A stretch of DNA of 64,000 nucleotides, taken from Lytechinus pictus (Eukaryota). Of this stretch, positions 1 to 12,546 are shown in pieces. Both the position numbers and the translations under genes were made by a program. The DNA is taken from NCBI RefSeq assembly GCF_037042905.1, contig NC_087249.1, positions 7,442,001-7,506,000 on the forward strand. The letters are read 5' to 3'. Position 1 is the first letter of the stretch. Each line of letters starts with the position of its first letter. The notes under the pieces were generated by a model that worked only from the letters and a program-made list of their open reading frames with translations, was not told the origin of the DNA and searched no databases.

Positions 1-598
1 ACTTTAAGGAACACAATTTGAAAAAAAAACACAATGACCTCAAATATATCAATATTCTCGTTAATACATGCATGTCATATTTCAAAATTGGTGCTGTTCC
101 TTGTAATAAAACATTTTTACCCCCCCCCCCCCAAAAAAAAAAAAGAATAAATAAATAAAAAAATTGGACATAAACTTGACGTTTTCTACAATGTTCGAGG
201 AAAATTTACAACATTGTCCCCGATGTATGGATTTTCAATAGGAAAAGGACCATATAACATTTTCAGAATATTGTGTCCATCTAATTTCGATAATTGATGA
301 ATGTATTCATGGTATTAGGCCTATTCGTTAGTAGGCGGTGTAATGCCACATGGGCTTAATGCATGTGGTCTATAAGCTTCACCTATCAAAATCTTTAGTG
401 TAAAATTAAAGTTAATTTCTTTTGACTTGGTGATACTGCAAATAGTTGTTTTTCATGAGAAAAAAAATTTGAGCTGGCATCCTAAATCGCCAATTTTTAT
501 CCACAATTCCTGCCAATGGAAACTTAGTATTATTTCATTATCTATGCATTTCTGCCCAGGCAAGCATTACAAAAGATTGGTTAAAAATATCCTCTAAT

Positions 599-906
599 CA
601 CTAGCGTACCTACGGGGGGGGGGGGGGTGGCAGAGGGGGCAGTCTGCCCCCCCTGACGAGCCACAACCCATGCAAAGGACATACCTCTGCCCCCCCTGAC
701 GAGCTTGAAGACCTTTATTGCCCCCCCTGACGAGCTTGAAGACCTTTTTTTTTTTTTTTTTTTTTTTTTTTGCTTGTCAAATTTTTTTTAGGTACGAAAT
801 CCTTCATTTGTGATTGAAGACCTTTTTTTTTTTTTTTTTTGCTTGTCAAATTTTTTGGCGGACGGTTTTGCCCCCCCCCCTGTGAAAAATCCCAGGTACG
901 CCACTG
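599..906. mobile_element. hAT-type MITE (CA...TG ends, 8-bp TSD CCTCTAAT)
   Basis: cactagcgtacct...aggtacgccactg flanked by cctctaat on both sides; inverted copy at 8270-8453. Confidence 0.85.
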
Positions 907-2667
907 CCTCTAATGGTGCACGTGAACCTACATATTCCCATAGGCATGATAGGCCTGCCTTAAACTTTTGTAAATAGTGTTGCCAAATTAACTGTAAACG
1001 TATACCTTCGTTCTTAATAATATTTACGTTGTCATAATAATCATGGGCTTGCCGATCGGAACAAATAGCTTGTTAATAATTAGAAAAGATATTTTGGTTG
1101 AAATCAAAATTCTTAATATAGTTTTTTTAATGGTCACTGATGGAGGCTATATAGCAGTTCACTGACAAAAAGAAAGAAATGACCATCCAATAAATTGTAA
1201 AGTTATCGTTGATAAATTCTCGTCTCCTGGATCTAATTTTATACTTGGACACTCAACATGACAGAGACGGTACCATTGGGGGGGGGGAGGAGGAAAGGCC
1301 GCCTCCTAATGTCTTTTTTAAGAAGTGAGATGCAGATGAAAAGGAAAAGAGAATTAAAGAAAAAGAATAGAAAAGGGAGAAATGAGAAAGAAATGCATAA
1401 ATAGAGCGTTGAAAAATTTTTATCGCCACAAAATCATTCATTCACTTGAGGAATAAAATTGATGATGTTTTGCCGCCCCCAATCAAAACAATCCAAAGCC
1501 GCCCTAGCAATATGATATGATTTATGTTCAGACCTTATAGTTTTCTCATTGAATCCAGTCTTCATGGTGTTGTCTTTTTAACCAAAATTCAGTTTGACTA
1601 CATATCACCTTTTTGCCATTGCCGCAAAGGCCAATTCCGCTAGTGCAAACACATTAACGGCCAATCCACGCGAATGCGTTCGCTTTATCCATTTTACGCT
1701 TTATTTCTTCTCCATTTCTCTTCATCTAAAAATCACCTTGAGATATCAATTAGCAATAAAAAATAAATATGCGTATAAAGTAGTGGTGACCGGAATTATC
1801 GGAGTGCGAGGTCAACTTTGAAAGTCGTTGTTCATGTTGTTCACAAATAGGCAAAAAGTCAAAAATATATATTTAAATTCCACTAATTTTTCACAAAACG
1901 GTAATAAACATCATATAGATATGCAAATGAGAGTGTCGATGATGCCACCAAGTCACTATTTATTTTGTATTTGTTGTATGAATTATACAATATTTCATTT
2001 TTTTGCAGCAAACCAAGACTTTCACTCAAATCACAATAGGTTACAGCAATGGCAATCCCACATATTCAGGGAGGAATAAAACTTTGGATCACATTATAAC
2101 GAGCGAAAATTAGAATATATTTAATAATAAAATCGGTTCCCTCATTATTTTGCATGTCGTCCGGGATATAACTGTTTGATGAAATTAGAACAAATATTAA
2201 AATGAAGTAACTTTTTTAATTGACATCTGATTTTGATAAAATTTTCAGCGTTAAACATGTTTGACTTTTCAATCAACTTTTCTTGTTGTGGTAGATTTGC
2301 CCTTTAACTGCTGGATTCTGTATGGAGATTTAATAATTATCTTCATATACGGAATCCAGCATTTAAAGCATTTAATATCACATAACGAACAGCATACACT
2401 CTCGTTTAATACACATATATGTGTCTCGCTTCCCCTTTTCAACACTTGAACACCGGAGGCAGTCTCCCCCTAGTTAGTAAATTACCGCCCCTAATTATCA
2501 TGATTATGGAATATGCATGGTATAAAAATAGGCTCAGAGTAATGATTTGAATGACTTTCTATAGCGTAAACTTTCATGGGAGATAATTATATTAAAAAAT
2601 ATTCATGTATAATATTTGTAATCTATAATTTGTAGAAATTTAAGTTCTGATAATGATTAAATTCATT

Positions 2668-2955
2668 GGCCCGTATTCTGAAGTCAAGTTTAACTTAGAC
2701 CACGGTCTACATGGTCGGGAGCCAAAAATTAAACAATTCTGTTTCTCTTATGTTTACTATTTTGTTTCCTGTTGCTTTCATAAAAAAGAAAATACTTCAG
2801 TACTCATTCCCAGACAATTATGAACAATTTGAGTGTCAAATGAGTTAATAAATTGGATGTGTACTGTTAAGTATTTGTGCCCCAATTGGCTATCCATAGT
2901 TAAACCACAACTTTAAACCAGGGTTTAATTTAAACCTGAGTTCAGAATACGGGCC
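2668..2955. mobile_element. PIF/Harbinger-like MITE
   Basis: TIR GGCCCGTATTCTGAA; 3-bp ATT direct repeat. Confidence 0.8.
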
Positions 2956-2972
2956 ATTGTCTTGATTCTTAC

Positions 2973-3082
2973 CGTACTGCGCTCCTGTCTGTCCAGTGCT
3001 ACGGACGGTGCTACTGTTTCCGACCTCTTGATTGAAGGTAAAGCAGTTACCATAGTATTTGTTCTGGAACTGGCGAAAATTC
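2973..3082 (-). CDS. DEG/ENaC exon (NFRQFQNKYYGNCFTFNQEVGNSSTVRSTGQTGAQYG)
   Basis: ttttcag acceptor, G|gtaaga donor, phase matches upstream exon; GNCFTFN motif; not in the ORF track. Confidence 0.92.
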
Positions 3083-5185
3083 CTGAAAATTCATCAGACA
3101 AAATATCGCTTTTATGATACTTATAATGAGAAAGCTGCTGTAATATGGCGTTTAAATGCCCTGGTTTCAGTCACTACTGCTCTTCTTAATCAAAGTGATA
3201 TTCACTAAGTAGGACCTATTCCATTTCAGTCGGTGCATATGCAGCCGTTCAGTCGATGTGCCTGCATAAAACTTCATGATTATCATCTGATCAGCATGAG
3301 CATCATTCAGGCACTCCTCTTTGGATATCATAACTTCATCCATCATTGCCAAATCATTATTTTTGTTCGGGAAACTGTCTCTGTCTCTCTATTTCTCACA
3401 ATTTATTTTCATACCTCTCAATCCCCTTCCTATTTGTATCCATCATTGCCCGGATTTACCCCCCCCCCCATCAACTCTTAAAACTGTAAAAGGGCAACAA
3501 GTTCTTTAGGATTAACCACATTATCAACCTTGGCAAAACTAGGTTGTATAGATCTGCAGGAGCAATCGAAAAAAAGGCTAGAGGGTGAAACGACACAATG
3601 AAGGAAGATAATGTTCTTACGTGTAATTACAAGGGCGTCTGTCGAAGGTACATTGAAGTATGAAGTCTTCTGCCTGGTGGCCCATATCCTCCAGTTCTTG
3701 TCTTGTTGGGTTGATGACATCCAGAAGGTCGCTGAAGTCATCTGCCGTGGATTGCCGGTAGAACCCTTGCCAGTCATTGTCATTGGTCACACCGTCCCAG
3801 TCGTACTCCTGGTAGTCGAACATATTGGTCTCCCAGCCCGATTCCCACCAGTCGTACTTTTCGGCTTCCTCAGACGATCCCATCGACGACGGGTATATGC
3901 CAGTTTGTCGCTTTCGGCGAATGTGTCGTCGTCGTTGATCCAGTTTACCCGTGATGGGATCAGGGATGAGCCGGAGACCCGATCTTTTCTTTCTTACCTG
4001 TGGACCCTCGTCCGGTGCTGACGATTCCTCGTCGATAGAAGGTTGGAACCCGTCGGATGTTTCAGAAGCAGTGTCCACATCAGATTGTGATGACTGATTT
4101 TGATTTGCTGATGTCGAGGACTGGTTGTTTTCGCTGCTTATATCGGGAAACTCAGAAAATGTTGTCTCAGGGACAGAACTAGTTGTGCCGTCCGTTTCCG
4201 AGTCTCCACTCATGTCACCAGATTGGTCTGTGCCAAAGATATCTGATCCTAGATCGCTCGGTCCAGACTCCTCACTACTACTAGAGCTGAATGATTCCTC
4301 GTACTTCAGCCACCATTCCGATGACCAGTCGAACCACCAACTGTAGTCCATGTCTCCTCCCCCAACGCCGCCATCGGCTTCGATCAGGCTTTCGAATCGG
4401 GTGCCAACCATGGCCGAGCGTCTCATCTTATTCATGTTGCACACGGTGACTGCAGGAAAGCGTACTTCCGTCCGGGTGACCACGTCGATCTGCGTCGTGT
4501 AAGGATGTCCTCTGAAGTCAAAGAGCAGTAGGCTTCCTTGCCAAAGGAACGCTGCAAGGGCGACCAGGGTGACACAAGCCCAGAAGAGTTTGGACAGCAC
4601 GGACTTTGAGGTGATGATGCGGGGTACCCCATGGGCAGTAGTTACGCCACTGTAATCAGTCAGTACTGCACTGACGGATTCGGGCTTTTTTGGATGTATG
4701 TCGTGATATTCCGGAGGAAAGAATGAATTTGTTTTAGATGCCCTGTAGTTGACCAAAAGGAATAAATTACAAGAGTTTATTTTATTATGCAGGATACCAA
4801 GGTATGATAATAACTAAAACGGTGACGACAACGACAAGATCAATAAAATAATAATGCTAATATAAATAATAAAAGAATGATAGTAATGATGAAAATAATA
4901 ACAAATAATCTTTATTGTGATAACGATGATAATAATAATTCAGTTATTACAATGCTAATAGATGTAATGATAATAACCATAATGCTCGAATGTTAAAGGA
5001 AAGCAGACATCACAACATTGCACTTTTATGGCGATGGAGAACTTCTTGGGAAAAAAAACGATTTGTAATCAATATTACAAGGAAAAAACGCTGGACAATG
5101 TTGTCCAAATGTATCAGCCGTTTATTGTCATCAGATATTTAAACATTTTCTTTTCTTTTATAGCACTAAATACTTACATATCCAT
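2973..5185 (-). CDS. DEG/ENaC (ASIC/ENaC-like amiloride-sensitive sodium channel) subunit, 5' part; join(5178..5185,3621..4742,2973..3082), continues beyond left edge
   Basis: Spliced translation shows the pre-TM1 HG gating motif (TTAHGVPRI), TM1 (LFWACVTLVALAAFLWQGSLLL), FPAVTVCNMN, FILQCTFD..C and YGNCFTFN, all DEG/ENaC signatures; GT-AG junctions keep frame. Confidence 0.93.
3621..4742 (-). CDS. DEG/ENaC large exon (N-terminus, TM1, finger domain with acidic insertion)
   Basis: ORF 3617..4756; acceptor ctacag|G before 4742, donor AC|gtaaga after 3621. Confidence 0.93.
5178..5185 (-). CDS. Candidate first coding micro-exon of the DEG/ENaC gene (ATG GAT AT)
   Basis: ATGGATAT|gtaagta: strong donor, phase 2 joins G GCA TCT of the next exon giving MDMASK. 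Confidence 0.55.
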
Positions 5186-5632
5186 GCTGGTCGATATGAC
5201 GATATAGAAGAAATACAATGATTGTATACAAAGTACTCGTATTTTACCCTTTTAACGTTATTTTTACCCAAAAGAATGTTAAGAAGCTCAAAATTCTGCT
5301 GTATTTTGTTCCTTAATCATTTGTTGTGATGAAGACGTAAGCCGCGGCTGCATGGGTCAACTCCAAAGAGAATGTGCTTGTCTACACGGCGCTTGTCCAA
5401 TGAAAAATGTGATGATGATGATGATAATGAGAGGCGGTAAGCAGAGATACCATTTTTTTCCGTTCCACTGATGCCGTTCAATGACGGGCGAATAAAAGCA
5501 TCTCACATCTACGATCTGACGTGGGCGTTTTGTTCCGTTATATTGATATAATGATTATGTGAACTGAAATTGAAAAAAAAAATACTGGAGGACTTTCTAA
5601 TCAAAATTGCATGAAAAATGCTATAGCACGAC

Positions 5633-6964
5633 CATGGGCGGAAGTCCCAGGGGGGACAGGGGGACGTGTCCCCCCTACTCAAAATAGTAGGGGGGACACA
5701 ATATCAAATGTCCCCCCTACTATTTTTGTCTTTTATGATGGTAAGAAATACATCATTCTAAATCGAAATAAAACATGTATTTTGGGACGAGTTTAGACGA
5801 GATGACCGTACCTTTGGGATAATAACCTTTTTTTTTGCTTGTCAAATTTTCCCGCCCTTGTCCCCATAGGCGGATCCAGGGGGGCCGAGGGCCCCCCCCC
5901 CCCCCTATTGGCGGAGCAAAAAAAGAAAAAAAGGGAAAGAAAAAAGGAAAAGAGGAAAAAAGGAGGGAAAAGAGAGGAGAAAAAGAAGAGAAGGACGACG
6001 AGTGCATAAAATAAGATGAGGGGAAGACTTGGAAAATAAAAATAATCGTTCGTGCCACTATATAAAATTTTCGCTCGCGCTTCGCGCTCGCATTGCCTGT
6101 TAGGTGATTTACATATCTTGTTCAATATGGAGATCAAATATCAAGTTTGGAAGTCAATATACAAAACATATTTCACCTCGGAAATCGAACTTTCATTATT
6201 TTCGCGCTCGCATTTTTAATTGTTGAAATATGTAACGCCTTCATGGCTAAGTGCAAGCAGTCCTTAACAGGTACCAGTTCAAAACGTATACAAATTTTCT
6301 GCTCGCGCTTTGCACTCGCATTATTAATACTCATCCTTTTCATGATTTACAAAACATGACAATTAGAGTGTCTCGTTCAGTAAATATTATAGGACTAAAT
6401 CTCGAAATTTTCCGCTCGCGCTTTGCGCTCGCATCAATTGTCTACTTATAAACCTATTCTGCTTGAGTTACAAAAAGTACTTAGAATTTCCATTCTTTAG
6501 GTGAAAATGTTTTTAAAAAATCAGCTCGCGCTTCGCGCTCGCATTATTTGATTGTTAAATGCTAACTGCACGCAGTCTTTAACAGGTATCTTTTCCATCA
6601 GTTCATTTCTGCTCGCGCTTTGCGTTTGTAGTAATTATTAAGTTGCATACACATTTTTTTCAGGATAACAAACATTGCACAGAATGTTCAAATTTTAGGA
6701 AAAAATACATAAAATTTCCAAAAAATTAGCTCGCGCATCGCGCTCGCATCATATAAATAAGGATTATGATATTATATATGAATTTATAAGAATAAAGCTA
6801 AGATGTGACTAATGAGGACTACCCCTTCAAAGAAACAATCACAAATCATCTTCGAGCTGCCGATCGGGGAAAATATGGCTGAAATGAATTTCCGCCCCCC
6901 TATTGGCGAAGGCTGGATCCGCCCCTGTGTCCCCCGTACCTTTTGTGAGAGATTTCCGCCCCTG
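5633..6964. mobile_element. hAT-type MITE (TSD AGCACGAC) with a nested element 5865-6927
   Basis: catgggcggaa...ttccgcccctg with 8-bp TSD; inner cataggcggatccag...ctggatccgcccctg carries about 7 gctcgcgcttcgcgctcgca motifs. Confidence 0.8.
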
Positions 6965-8269
6965 AGCACGACCATGAACGGCATGAATTACAAGAACGCA
7001 GTAATGTTATGGGATATTTTGGGTAATGTATATCGCATAATAAAATAATGAAACATTTCATTACATTCCCCTATTGACAATAGACTACGATATGCAAGCA
7101 AGGACTTAACAGGGATGAAGTTCAGGGACAGTAGGATGTCTGTTTTTCTCTCTCTTTAGAAATATTACCGTAATTAAAGGCAAATTCGATATAATAGCAA
7201 ATCAAGGAGTTCTAAAAAAAAGAAATCAAAGAAGTGTATTCATTGAAAATTTATTTCGAATCGGTTGCCGAAAGATAAACAAAAGATGGCGGTATTTAAT
7301 CAACTGGGCTAGGAATGTCACATTAATATTTGTTACTCTGACATTATGATTATGTCGATTTCTGTTTAAGAAACACTGGCTAGACGAGATTTTCCAGTAA
7401 GGGCCCTACACTTTAAAAACATATATAAACACAAATAAGAGTTTAACTCATTTTTGTCTCCTCGCTTTCTTATTTAGTTCGTCGTCGAACAAACCTTGGG
7501 GTGCTGATGCAGCGGTGAATGTATAGGGCTTGGGAAGGTGTCCCTGGCGGCACTTTATAGGGGAGGGCGGCGCATAAACACAACAGAGCATCAGAAAAGA
7601 GGATGGAAGTAAAGAAATATCACTATTTAGGGTGAAATTCGTCAAATATAATGTTTAAAGGCTTACAGGGGTGAAGTTCGGTCGCTTTACTACCTCGCAT
7701 GCATTCCTCTAGGAATCGGGTAAGTTCGCTTCTTATATAGTTCTGAAATCAAGTTGTCAGCTTTTGTAAAGGACTAAATGTCACAAATTAATCCGAAAGA
7801 AATCATAAGTTTCAGCTCTGAGGACGGCAACTTGAGGCCGCACAAATTACAAAGAGAAAAAGAAGAAAAAAAGGTAATGACAAGAATCCTTATACGAGGC
7901 AAATTCAGCGGAAAGAAAGTTTTCAAGGGTTTTAAATACTTCCCATAGTCGTTTTGGTCCATATTCAGGATCTGGTAGATTTTATAGCATCTTTTATCGT
8001 TGATAAACAAATTCTTTCAAACTAAGAATTCAGAAAACAGTCTTTGCTAATCATCTTTTCCGTTAAAATATCTGCAGAGTAGCATGCAATAACAACACTC
8101 ATGAAGACATTCTCGGCTTTTATTCTGGATGGAACAGAACTTCAAAGCTTGGTTGCTTCGTTTCACGACACAGTGTTGAATTTGACCAAGGAGTTACCAG
8201 CTGGGAACTCCAGCTGGTAACTCTATATAGCTCCTTGATTTGACTGAGCATTGAGTACAGTGTGGCCCC

Positions 8270-8453
8270 CAGTGGCGTACCTGGGATTTTTCACAGGGGG
8301 GGGGGGGGGGCAAAACCGTCCGCCAAAAAATTTGACAAGCAAAAAAAAAAAAGGTCTTCAAGCTCGTCAGGGGGGGGGGGCAGGGATGCGTCATTTGCAT
8401 GGGTTGTAGCTCGTCAGGGGGGGGGGGGGGGCAGACTGCCCCCTCTGCTAGTG
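8270..8453. mobile_element. hAT-type MITE, same family as 599-906 (8-bp TSD GTGGCCCC)
   Basis: Shortened reverse complement of 599-906; direct repeat at 8262-8269 and 8454-8461. Confidence 0.85.
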
Positions 8454-8489
8454 GTGGCCCCGAGTGTGGCTCACATCTTCACAATTTAA

Positions 8490-8835
8490 AGGTCAAGTCC
8501 ATCCATGAAAAATGTTGATTTTAATAAATAGAGAAAAATCAAACAAGCATTATGCTGAAAATTTCATCAAAATCGGATGTAAAATAAGGAAGTTATGACA
8601 TTTTTAAGTTTCGCTTATTTTTCACAAAACAGTGATATGCACAACTCAGTGACATGCAAATGAGACAGTCTATGATGTCCCTCACTCACTATTTCTTTTG
8701 TTTTTTATTATTTTAATTATACAATATTTAATTTTCTTACAGATTCGACTATAAAGACCAACTTGATTGAACCATATAGTATAAAACAATGCTAATTGCA
8801 CATGTTCAGGGAGGAATTAATTGTTTCACAACATG
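8490..8835. mobile_element. Partial Kolobok-like (TTAA) MITE
   Basis: ttaaaggtcaagtcc end; homologous to 23740-24315 and 57481-58686. Confidence 0.7.
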
Positions 8836-9369
8836 CCAGAGAGGTCGCACTCAACCCATGTACCCCTCTCTCTGTCGGTGTCGCCCCCGCCCACTCCCCA
8901 CCACTGTTTTTTGTACATGAATACAAAGCAGTTGCAATCAAACCGACCGACGAGCAGACAATCGGCGACGTCTTCTTCTGCGCTGCTGGCATAAGAAACA
9001 AAAACCCAACAATCTCCACTGCACACATGTATCTCGCAGCAACCATTGACCAATCACCGAGATGTTTTTCGACTTATTTGATGCCACTTTTTTGTTTGGG
9101 CTTGTCACGCCCACGACCCAATTGTGCCATAGAGCGAGATAGTATAGTTCGCCATTATTAAATTCACATCGAAATTAAAGATATGCGATTCTAATTAAGT
9201 ATGGCTTTTAAAGTATAGTTGAATATATGACATCGTAATTAAGAGAAATCTTTACTAGAAATAACGAAATTGGTGAAATATAATGAAAATATGAACATGC
9301 GCATTAATAATCAAACAGTGAGATGACCTATGTGCATTATTATGTGTGAAATGTGTTCGTGTGTGTGTC

Positions 9370-9530
9370 TGCCGTACCCGTGTATAGAAAAGTAGAACCA
9401 GCTATCGAGTAAATTTCACACATCTCTCTCTATTTTCGACGATTCCCTATCTGGGAATTCTACGGAATTTGGATCTATATCTGAGTGATTATTCAGACGT
9501 TACTGAGAGATAGTTATCTGAATTTGTAAG
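9370..9530 (+). other. Candidate non-coding first exon (5' UTR) of TTLL6/13; 5' boundary approximate
   Basis: Consensus donor AAG|gtaagt after 9530, CpG-rich surroundings, and an otherwise unpaired acceptor ending 13012. Confidence 0.4.
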
Positions 9531-10180
9531 GTAAGTGACTATTGGATCTCGTGTTTAATCATGGTATGGATGTAGTTATTTGAGTAAAATATTCATTCTC
9601 CCTGAATAATGCAGCAGCTTGTGATATTAATTACAGTATTCGCCGATCATAATCCCAGGACCGGTAATACGCCGCGCTTTTACCCCGTTCTCCTCCGGCT
9701 CGTGCCAGGCCTGTGCTGCTCACTCCGACTCGAGTGCTTCCTCTGGCCTCCTCGCTACGAGTTCGAGCTACGGAGGAGTTTTTAAGATTTCTAATTTTTT
9801 TCAGTTCTCCTCCCACACAGACGGAAGTTTCCCATAGATCCAAATCTAGATCTATGTGTACATGTATTGTAACGTTAGATCTTAATAATGTAATGAATTC
9901 ACCGGCTAAATTTGGCTATCTTGTTTCAAATTTCAATTTTGTAACGTTATTTTTTGTAGGCCTAGGCCCTAAATAAAAATTATTTGTAAAAATTATTTGT
10001 AAAAAATTCCTAACACAGTAGGTACAGTTACTAGGTTTAACGTTAGACTCTGACTCTGACTCTATATTCTAACGTTAGATCTAACTTGCAACTTAGATGA
10101 GATTCTAGACTGAAAAATCTGTTGTTTCGTAGGAGTTTTTAAAACATTTTCTGATTATTTTTAGTCCTGCCTTTAATTTT

Positions 10181-12546
10181 TAAGCCTGAGTCATATTGAT
10201 TATTTTGAAAACCGGTGTTCGACAGCTTTAATTCGATCGAACATCGATGCATCGAATTTTGAAGGCGGGAAAATCGAGTCAATTTTTTTTTGCTCCGGCC
10301 ATCACGTCGATGCACGCAATGCGACGCGATGGTATGCGCTGGGAGGGTAAGCGTTGCACTAGCAGATGACAAGCAAAGTTCTTTTAATAATAATTAATAT
10401 TTTCCATGATCACAAAAGTCAAAACACAAAAAAGGAGCCAATGCAGAATTCTTATGAAATATCTTAAACAATGATAATTGCAGATGACAACATATATAAT
10501 TTTAAAGTTTTATTAAAGGCATGAATCATGCAGAGTCGATCCGAATGATTTTCGGTCAACTAGCATTCGCAGTCCAGACTCGCACACACTACAGCCTCAT
10601 AGGCCGTCCGCAGCCCCGGGCCCAGGTCGTACACTCACTCTCCCGAAACGATAGGCGTGCTTGACGGCAAACTACATGTAGTGCTGTACCAGCGGAGAGC
10701 ACTGCAACTTGCCTGAGATGCCGTTGGATCCAAAATGAGCTCAAAATTGATGGAAATAAATATCATACGTAATTTTCTCTGGATGGTCATTTGAATTGGT
10801 ATTCAATGCTGATATAACGATTGTGAGGAAAGATTGTGGAATATGAGTTATGACGATGTTCGAGAATTAATCCTGATATGATTGACAATCCATTTTTTAT
10901 TTTAGACACAAGAGATAATATACATGTAAATATGAATGTCTCGCATCGAGCTCTAAATTTAAATAAATTATTATTGGATGTTAAATAATCACGATTTAAT
11001 AAGATTTTATGGCCATACTAAAAATATTGACAATGTCAGCAAAGTATGTTATGTTCATATGGAATATTAATACTGTCATTACAATGTATTTTTATTCCAT
11101 CTCTGGACGTCTCCGAGAAAAGAAGTACAATGCGCATGCACGTTTGATGATGTACAGTATGACATATTTTCCATTCATGAATTCAGACCCCAAAGTTGGG
11201 CACAAATGAGCTTCAAAATGATGGAAAAAAATATCAAATGTAATTTTCTGTTTTGTCATGTAAAATGTTTTTATGGTGATATTACGATCTTGAAAAGATT
11301 TTCTGAATGTTGACAATGTTCGAGAATCAATCCTGACAAGTGCACTCACGCCGATCGTGATGTGATGTCTGTCATTAGAAATTGAAACGAAATACAAACA
11401 TTTCACATCAAGCTCTAAATTCATATTAATGAATCATATATGCAAATTATTGTTAAATATTATGATTAAATAATGTTCTATGGTCATGATATTAATATTG
11501 TTCCTAAAGCAAGGTTTATTTTAACTTTGATCGCATCATTTTTCTGGTTTGATTAAAGCACAGTAGGGGAGATCGGGGTTAGTTGAAACATTTTTGAGAA
11601 AAATGGCTGTAAAATCCAAATAGAATTTATTTGAGAAACAATCAATATACCAGCTTAAAGCATATAGGGCTTCAAATGTACCCCATAAATCATAATTTTA
11701 TGGGGTACATTTGAAGCTCTTAGATATATGCTTCAAGCTGATATATTGATTGTTTCTCGAATAAAATCAATCTGGATTTTACAGCCATTTTTGACAAAAA
11801 TGTTCCAACTAACCCCGGTCTCCCCTACAGCACAAATAAGAGACATCACCATGGCATATTAATAACTTTGTTATGTAGCTTGGTAAAAGTGTCTGTTATA
11901 CCCCCAAACTGGCCAACTTGATCTAGAAACTTCTCTGAGATAATAAAACATTTCTGAAAGAGAAAAAATTACTCAGAAGGTGAAAAAACAAAAATTCCTT
12001 TCTAACTTCACCAGGCTTGTTGCACATGTGTTGTCTGTATGGTGGATGACTGTTGATAATGGCAATAAATTGAGGGCAGTATTGCATAAATTTATTTAAA
12101 GGCGTTAAAGAAAATTACAATGTTTCAACTTACCCCGCGTTCCAACTAAGTGAACTAACCCCGATCTCCCCTACTGCACATGCGCGATCGATGGCAAAGA
12201 CTTCCATTCATCATGAATTCATCGTGCATAAATTATCTCAGCACGAGCAGACGAGTAAGATTCGAACTCTGATCGAAATAAACTTCAAATTAATGGTGAA
12301 TAGGCATCATAATTACACAATCGGTTACATTTTGGGGGGAATACATATAAATCAAGTATAAAGTAATAGTCAATTTAGACATAACTGTTTATTTTGACGA
12401 TTGTGTGAACCAAACGAAACAGCCGGCCGACGTATTTGACCAATTGACCTTCTTTTTTTTTCGATGCACCAATTTTGCAAGATCTGCACCGGTGCCCGAT
12501 GACATCGATTGAACACTGATTTTAAAATCAATTCGACTCAGGCTTA
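10181..12546. mobile_element. Composite non-autonomous DNA transposon with nested foldback element
   Basis: TAAGCCTGAGTC..ATTGATT terminal inverted repeats; internal direct duplication; nested palindrome 11564-11827. Confidence 0.6.

Noticed and set aside
3992..4000. Perfect internal donor CAG|GTAAGA just before the RKKR furin site in the ENaC exon
   Set aside because: Phase 0 does not match the next acceptor (phase 2), and using it would delete conserved sequence; no internal acceptor seen
7448..7645. 65-aa minus-strand ORF as an upstream ENaC exon
   Set aside because: Ends in a stop with no convincing donor; the 5178-5185 micro-exon fits better
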